Positions 58,849-64,000 of a stretch of 64,000 nucleotides of DNA are shown in pieces. Origin of the DNA: Bacteroidia bacterium (GTDB lineage: Bacteria; Bacteroidota; Bacteroidia; UKL13-3); the NCBI GenBank assembly GCA_051861545.1, contig JBIMKP010000007.1:5206-69205 (forward strand), given 5' to 3'. The notes beneath the pieces were generated by a model. The model was not told the origin of the DNA, searched no databases, and was given only the letters and a program-made list of their open reading frames with translations. Both the position numbers and the translations under genes were made by a program. Numbering within the stretch: the stretch's first letter is position 1; each line of letters starts with the position of its first letter.

Positions 58849-58914
58849 AAAGTAATGCCTTTTAAATGGCTTGAAGTGGGTTTCAAATATCCGATATTTA
58901 GCTTAAAAATTGAT

Positions 58915-59325
58915 TTATTTTTGCTGACTTAATTCCAGAATATAATCAAATTCATATTGAGTTAGGCTCATAACAGATAATCTACCTTGTCTAACCAGCC
59001 CAATATTTTGTAAATTTTCATCTGCTTTTATTTGTTCTAAAGTGATTGTTTTCTTTAGTTTTTTGAATGGTTTTAAGTTCACAACCACCCAGTTAGGATC
59101 TTCTGTTGTAGGGTCTTGATAAGCTTCTTTTGATACTTTTGCAATTCCAACAATTTCTTTTCCTTCATTGCTATGGTACCACATTACCAAATCACCTTTT
59201 TTCATTTCTCTAAGGTTGTTTCTGGCCTGATAATTTCTAACACCATCCCAAAAAGTTTCCTTGTCTTTTTCAAATTGTTCCCAACTATATTTAAAAGGTT
59301 CTGATTTAACTAGCCAATGTTTCAT
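58915..59325 (-). CDS. EVE (PUA-like) domain protein
   Basis: MKHWLVKSEPFKYSWEQF...FWDGVRNYQARNNLREMKKGDLVMWYHS is the EVE signature. 136 aa. Confidence 0.7.
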   Translation of the reverse strand: MKHWLVKSEPFKYSWEQFEKDKETFWDGVRNYQARNNLREMKKGDLVMWYHSNEGKEIVGIAKVSKEAYQDPTTEDPNWVVVNLKPFKKLKKTITLEQIKADENLQNIGLVRQGRLSVMSLTQYEFDYILELSQQK

Positions 59326-59412
59326 CTTGATGTTATTTGTCGCAAATTACAACATTAATAAGCAAAAAAAATCCCGACCAATTGGCCGGGATATTTTTTG
59401 CTTTTTTAAAGA

Positions 59413-61248
59413 CTATTTACCTTCAAGTTTCGCTTTTAATTCAGCTAAACCATCAACGTCAGCAAATGTAGATTTCTCATTGCTATCGTTTAATTTTTTA
59501 GCAGCTTTAGTTGCTTTTTCTTTTTCGGTATCCTTACGTTTTTCGTCTACTACTTTTTTCTCAGCTTCTTCTTCTCTCCACAATGCAGTATGAGAAACAA
59601 CGATACGGCGATTTTCTTTATTGAATTCTGTTACTTTAACTTGAAGAACTTCATCTTCTTTCGCAGTTTTCTTGTCTTCTTTTTGTAATTGTTTTAATGG
59701 AGCATATCCTTCAACACCGTAAGGAAGAGCAATTGTAGCACTCTTATCTTCGATTTTTAAGATAGTTCCTTCATGGATTGAACCAACTGAGAACAATGTC
59801 TCAAATGCTTCCCAAGGATTTTCGTCCAATTGTTTGTGGCCTAAGCTCAAACGACGGTTTTCTAAATCCACTTCTAAAACGATTACATCTAATTCTTGGT
59901 TAACTTTCACAAACTCATTTGGATGTTTGATCTTTTTAGTCCAACTTAAATCAGATACGTGTACCAATCCATCAACACCTTCTTCTAATTCTACGAATAA
60001 ACCGTAGTTAGTCATGTTGCGAACTGTACCTTTATGACGAGAGCCTAAAGGATAACGTTCTTGAATAGCAACCCAAGGATCTGCTTTTAATTGTTTGATA
60101 CCCAAAGACATTTTTCTTTCGTCTTTGTCTAAAGTTAAGATAACTGCTTCCATTTCGTCACCCATTTTCAAGAAATCTTGAGGGCTACGTAAATGTTGGC
60201 TCCAGCTCATTTCACTAACGTGAATTAAACCTTCAACACCAGGAGCAATTTCTAAGAATGCACCGTAATCAGCGATGTTTACGATTTTTCCTTTAACGTT
60301 TGCATTAACTTGTAATTCTTCAGATAAACTATCCCAAGGATGTGCACCTAATTGTTTCAAGCCTAATGAAATACGTTTTTTCTCATCATCAAAATCAAGA
60401 ACAACAACGTTAATTTTGTCGTCTAATTTTAATACTTCTTCTGGGTGGTTAATACGTCCCCATGAAATATCTGTAATATGTAACAAGCCATCAACACCAC
60501 CTAAATCGATGAACACACCGAAAGAAGTCATGTTTTTAACTGTTCCTTCTAATACTTGACCTTTCTCTAATCTAGAAAGGATATCAGATTTTTGTTTTTC
60601 AATATCCTCTTCAATCAATACTTTGTGCGAAATCACAACATTTTTGAATGAATGGTTAACTTTAACTACTTTGAATGGCATGGTTTGACCCACGTAAACA
60701 TCGTAATCTTTAATTGGTTTAGTGTCGATTTGTGAACCAGGTAAGAAAGTATCAATACCCATTACATCAACAACCAATCCACCTTTTGTACGGGTTTTAA
60801 CATAACCTTGTACAATTTCGTCGTTATCATGAGCAGTAAGGATGTTCTCCCATGCACGCTCTGAAACGGCTTTCTTACGAGACAAAATTAATTGTCCGTT
60901 AGGATCTTCTTTTGTTTCCAACAACACTTCTACAACATCACCGGCTTTTAATTCCGGCATATCGCGGAATTCTGTGCGTGCAATCAGACCATCAGATTTA
61001 AATCCAATGTTGAGCACCACTTCTTTTTCTGTAAATCCTACTACTGTTCCTTTAACGATTTCTTTTTCGTTGAATGCGTTTAAAGTGTTTTCATAAAGAC
61101 TACTTAATTTTTCATACTCCTCTTTCGAGTACCCGCCAAATCCGGCGTTGTCAAGGCTCCAGTCGAAATCCATTTCGTGAGCGTTACTTGTTTGGTTTGT
61201 GTTTTCTGTCAATTTTTTAAATCTCCTTTCGCTTAAAAAAGCTTGCAA
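59413..61248 (-). CDS. rpsA: 30S ribosomal protein S1
   Basis: 611 aa with six tandem S1 domains (recurrent G.V..I..FGAF...G..GL.HISE blocks). Confidence 0.9.
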   Translation of the reverse strand: MQAFLSERRFKKLTENTNQTSNAHEMDFDWSLDNAGFGGYSKEEYEKLSSLYENTLNAFNEKEIVKGTVVGFTEKEVVLNIGFKSDGLIARTEFRDMPELKAGDVVEVLLETKEDPNGQLILSRKKAVSERAWENILTAHDNDEIVQGYVKTRTKGGLVVDVMGIDTFLPGSQIDTKPIKDYDVYVGQTMPFKVVKVNHSFKNVVISHKVLIEEDIEKQKSDILSRLEKGQVLEGTVKNMTSFGVFIDLGGVDGLLHITDISWGRINHPEEVLKLDDKINVVVLDFDDEKKRISLGLKQLGAHPWDSLSEELQVNANVKGKIVNIADYGAFLEIAPGVEGLIHVSEMSWSQHLRSPQDFLKMGDEMEAVILTLDKDERKMSLGIKQLKADPWVAIQERYPLGSRHKGTVRNMTNYGLFVELEEGVDGLVHVSDLSWTKKIKHPNEFVKVNQELDVIVLEVDLENRRLSLGHKQLDENPWEAFETLFSVGSIHEGTILKIEDKSATIALPYGVEGYAPLKQLQKEDKKTAKEDEVLQVKVTEFNKENRRIVVSHTALWREEEAEKKVVDEKRKDTEKEKATKAAKKLNDSNEKSTFADVDGLAELKAKLEGK

Positions 61249-61289
61249 ACATAATTCTTCTAGTTATAACCACAAAGAATTTCAGCACT

Positions 61290-61496
61290 TTATCTGCTTT
61301 TTTTTGAAAATTTATCGGAGCTAAAAAAGTTTTCATCATTTTTTATTCCTAAAATTAATGCACCAATTGTCAAAATAGCTGAAAATGAGTCTATTGGTGT
61401 GTCTTCTACTCCGTCCTCAAATTCTGGTTGAGCTTTCAGTTCATTTATATTGATTAAACAAAAAAATATAAATACTGCTACTATATACTTTTTCAT
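61290..61496 (-). CDS. Hypothetical small secreted protein
   Basis: Signal peptide MKKYIVAVFIFFCLININELKAQ. 68 aa. Confidence 0.3.
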   Translation of the reverse strand: MKKYIVAVFIFFCLININELKAQPEFEDGVEDTPIDSFSAILTIGALILGIKNDENFFSSDKFSKKSR

Positions 61497-61498
61497 CT

Positions 61499-63889
61499 TT
61501 AGATTTTATTGATTTTTTTAACTTGAACTAGCCCTTTTTCATCAATCATTCTAATTATATATATACCTTCTTTTAATTCCTCTAATTGAAGGCTAATTAA
61601 TGATTCATTCTTAGAGATTTCAGATTTAAATTTAATTTCTCCTTTTGTATCAAAAATTTCAATTGTTTTGATTTTTGATTGTGTGTTTTCGATAAATATT
61701 TGATTGTCAAATGGATTTGGGTAAATAGTAGGATAGTCCAAATTTGCCTCACTTAAACTATTAACAAGTTTTTTCTCAGTAATTAATTTCCAAGAGCTTG
61801 AATCTTGGGCTCCTGGCACAATTTCGATATCAACTCCTTTACTTAATGGATATACTTTATTTTCAATTTTATTAAATAAGGAAAGCTTATGTAGCTTGGT
61901 TTCTTCCAGTACTTTAAGTTTTAGTTTCGAACTGGCTCCAATTATTAAATCAATAGTGTCGATTTTATTATCATCGTTCGATCTTAAATCACTACATAAC
62001 CAAATATTGTCTTTTGATTTTGAGGCGATGTATATATTTCCAGCAAATAATTTAATGATGTCTTCCAAAGCGCTGTATTCTTTTTTCGCACTTTCATTGT
62101 TGCCAATCAGCAATAAATCAGAACCAAAATTGTCTCTAACTTCAATAATTGTTTGTTGGGTTTGAGATTTAAAATATACTGGTGAACTTAAATTTGTTTT
62201 ATGTGATTCTTTAAAATTTCCAGAAGGTGTATTGTTAAACTGAATTAGAAATCCACCAAAAGGAGCAACATACTGACTTCCCGTTCCAGAATTTGAAAAT
62301 GCATTCCATGCCACATAATTCCCACTTTTAGCATCTCTTTGATAAATACTGGGATTTACATTAGTGAAATCTGCTTGGTCATAAATTTTATTCCAATCAA
62401 TATTACATGGATAAGGATTCCCTAATAAATTCCAGCCATCAGCCGTTGCATCTCCACTATTGGTGTAATCGGCAATACTGTTAATTGGAATGTTTCCAGA
62501 ATTCGGAGTTCCTGTAAAATCAATATTTACATTACCATGTGATGATAAGTTTTGATACAAAACATTCGAATTACTTCTATCACCTCTTATTAAAACCCTA
62601 AATCCTTTTCCGGAATTCATTTGGGTATTTAACTGATTTATTGGTTCCCAGCCATAATTGGCATTAGGTAACGATACTGTTTCGTCGTAATAAAATGCTG
62701 ATGAGTTATTGGTTTGTGTTGAATCAAATCCATATATTTTCCCTCCTTGGCCTGTTATATGGATATCATCAATTAAATCAGTAAAATTTCCATTTGTAAT
62801 AGGGCTGCTTAAAAAACGATATCGTTTCCATCCAGCAGGAATTGTTTGATTAAATGTTAAATTTCCTATGCTTAGTCCAGAACTTTCGCCCAACATAGCA
62901 GTACCAGATGTATCAGATAAAAAGGTAAATAGTCCTGAATTGGTTTTAATTAATCCATTGTTTATTAGTTGACTACCAGCTTTTATATAACATGATGAGG
63001 TATTTGTCACTAACTCCAAGCTACATGTTGAGTGAATAGATAATGAGCCTGAAACAAATAATTTCTTTCCACTTGGAACAAATAGTTTAAAATTAGCTGT
63101 ATTAAACGTTCCATTGCTAATTAATAAGGAATCAGAATCATTTTCAAAATAAAAACTGACAGCATTAGAACTTCCGGTGCATTTTAAGTTTCCATTAGAA
63201 AGTATAAGATTTCCGTTTAAGTGTAATTCTCTTACAGCTCCAATTCCTACTGAATTAGCAATGTCTAAACTTCCGCTTTGTATTTCTAAGTTTTTTTGAA
63301 TACTAATGTCCAAATTGCTAGCGGCTGATAAACTTATCGTTCCTGAACCAGCATTAATAACTAAATCATTTTTAATTAAAGTGGTATTTCCACTTAATTG
63401 ACAATTTGTAGAAGCTGATGGATTGTTGAATTTTAGAAAACCCCAATTGGCGCCAGGTATTACTGATGGCCATTGTCTAAATTCTACAATACTTCCCGTT
63501 TCAAAGGTTTCGGTCCCAGAAAACAATGCCGAACCTAAAGAACCAACATGTTGCTGAATATATGTTCCCGCAGAATCAATCCTGAAAAATTTGCCACTAC
63601 CATCTAAGAAAACAGAATAGTTACAAAACAAAACGCCATTAGTTTTTATATGTAATCCTCTTATGGTAGCAATTCCACTGCTTGTTTTGGTATGAGATAA
63701 AACCAAAATACAAGTATTGTTTAACGCGCTTGGATTTGCACCGCTACCATCAGTATTTATTCCCCAACCTGTTGGATCATTAAAATCACTACTGTTGTTA
63801 TTTGAGTAATAAAAAGTCTGTGCTTTGATGATATTCCCCGAACATATCAAAACAAATAAAAGTAAGAATATTGACTTCATGTTTTTCAT
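61499..63889 (-). CDS. Large secreted protein with T9SS C-terminal sorting domain (beta-helix-like adhesin-type repeats)
   Basis: Signal peptide. 796 aa. C-terminus ..TIYPNPFDNQIFIE...GIYIIRMIDEKGLVQVKKINKI is a T9SS tail. Confidence 0.7.
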   Translation of the reverse strand: MKNMKSIFLLLFVLICSGNIIKAQTFYYSNNNSSDFNDPTGWGINTDGSGANPSALNNTCILVLSHTKTSSGIATIRGLHIKTNGVLFCNYSVFLDGSGKFFRIDSAGTYIQQHVGSLGSALFSGTETFETGSIVEFRQWPSVIPGANWGFLKFNNPSASTNCQLSGNTTLIKNDLVINAGSGTISLSAASNLDISIQKNLEIQSGSLDIANSVGIGAVRELHLNGNLILSNGNLKCTGSSNAVSFYFENDSDSLLISNGTFNTANFKLFVPSGKKLFVSGSLSIHSTCSLELVTNTSSCYIKAGSQLINNGLIKTNSGLFTFLSDTSGTAMLGESSGLSIGNLTFNQTIPAGWKRYRFLSSPITNGNFTDLIDDIHITGQGGKIYGFDSTQTNNSSAFYYDETVSLPNANYGWEPINQLNTQMNSGKGFRVLIRGDRSNSNVLYQNLSSHGNVNIDFTGTPNSGNIPINSIADYTNSGDATADGWNLLGNPYPCNIDWNKIYDQADFTNVNPSIYQRDAKSGNYVAWNAFSNSGTGSQYVAPFGGFLIQFNNTPSGNFKESHKTNLSSPVYFKSQTQQTIIEVRDNFGSDLLLIGNNESAKKEYSALEDIIKLFAGNIYIASKSKDNIWLCSDLRSNDDNKIDTIDLIIGASSKLKLKVLEETKLHKLSLFNKIENKVYPLSKGVDIEIVPGAQDSSSWKLITEKKLVNSLSEANLDYPTIYPNPFDNQIFIENTQSKIKTIEIFDTKGEIKFKSEISKNESLISLQLEELKEGIYIIRMIDEKGLVQVKKINKI

Positions 63890-64000
63890 GATTCAAAATT
63901 CTGTTCCTAATTTTTCTTCTCCTTATTTCTGTCAATTCTTTAAGGTTTTCCAATTGAAGTTTAAGGAATTTTTATAGATAATCAGCTAGTTATGAGATTT

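Noticed and set aside
1-64000. Search for CRISPR arrays, rRNA genes, integrases or transposases
   Set aside because: No regularly spaced direct repeats with unique spacers, no rRNA-like conserved stretches, and no ORF with recombinase or DDE motifs were found. The only repeat family is the ~400-bp MITE-like element.

Overview
This window looks like a low-GC Bacteroidetes chromosome segment, probably Flavobacteriia or Cytophagia-like. Evidence: three proteins carry T9SS C-terminal sorting tails, promoters have TAnnTTTG -7 boxes, and the pcm, PASTA and possible GldC-like genes fit that phylum. Most of the window is housekeeping: efp, rarA, rplU-rpmA, tRNA-Ala, alaS, trpS, pyrB/pyrR, rpsA, smpB, pcm, mltG and an S41 Ctp peptidase. 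It also carries a System-I cytochrome c maturation cluster (ccmC, ccmD-like, ccmE, ccmF), a heptaheme cytochrome c with TPR repeats next to a rhodanese, an arsR-acr3-arsC arsenic operon, a mntR-mntH(Usp fusion) manganese operon, an ECF sigma/anti-sigma pair, and a polyprenyl-phosphate sugar transferase. The most unusual feature is a family of four ~390-400 bp non-coding MITE-like repeats at 4409-4796, 9545-9946, 33202-33598 and 47346-47733. Each has conserved flanks and 10-bp terminal inverted repeats. Each also holds an internal 53-55 bp perfect palindrome whose arms differ between copies but stay perfectly complementary around a conserved GCGGACC-NNN-GGTCCGC centre. The second is a tandem array next to tRNA-Ala(GGC) of three degenerate tRNA-derived copies, in which the anticodon arm is replaced by a 7-bp-stem hairpin present in both loop orientations. 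Just downstream lies an islet-like segment with an XRE-HTH/ImmA-peptidase fusion plus a PIN-like gene, a candidate toxin-antitoxin or abortive-infection module. No CRISPR array, rRNA or integrase was found.
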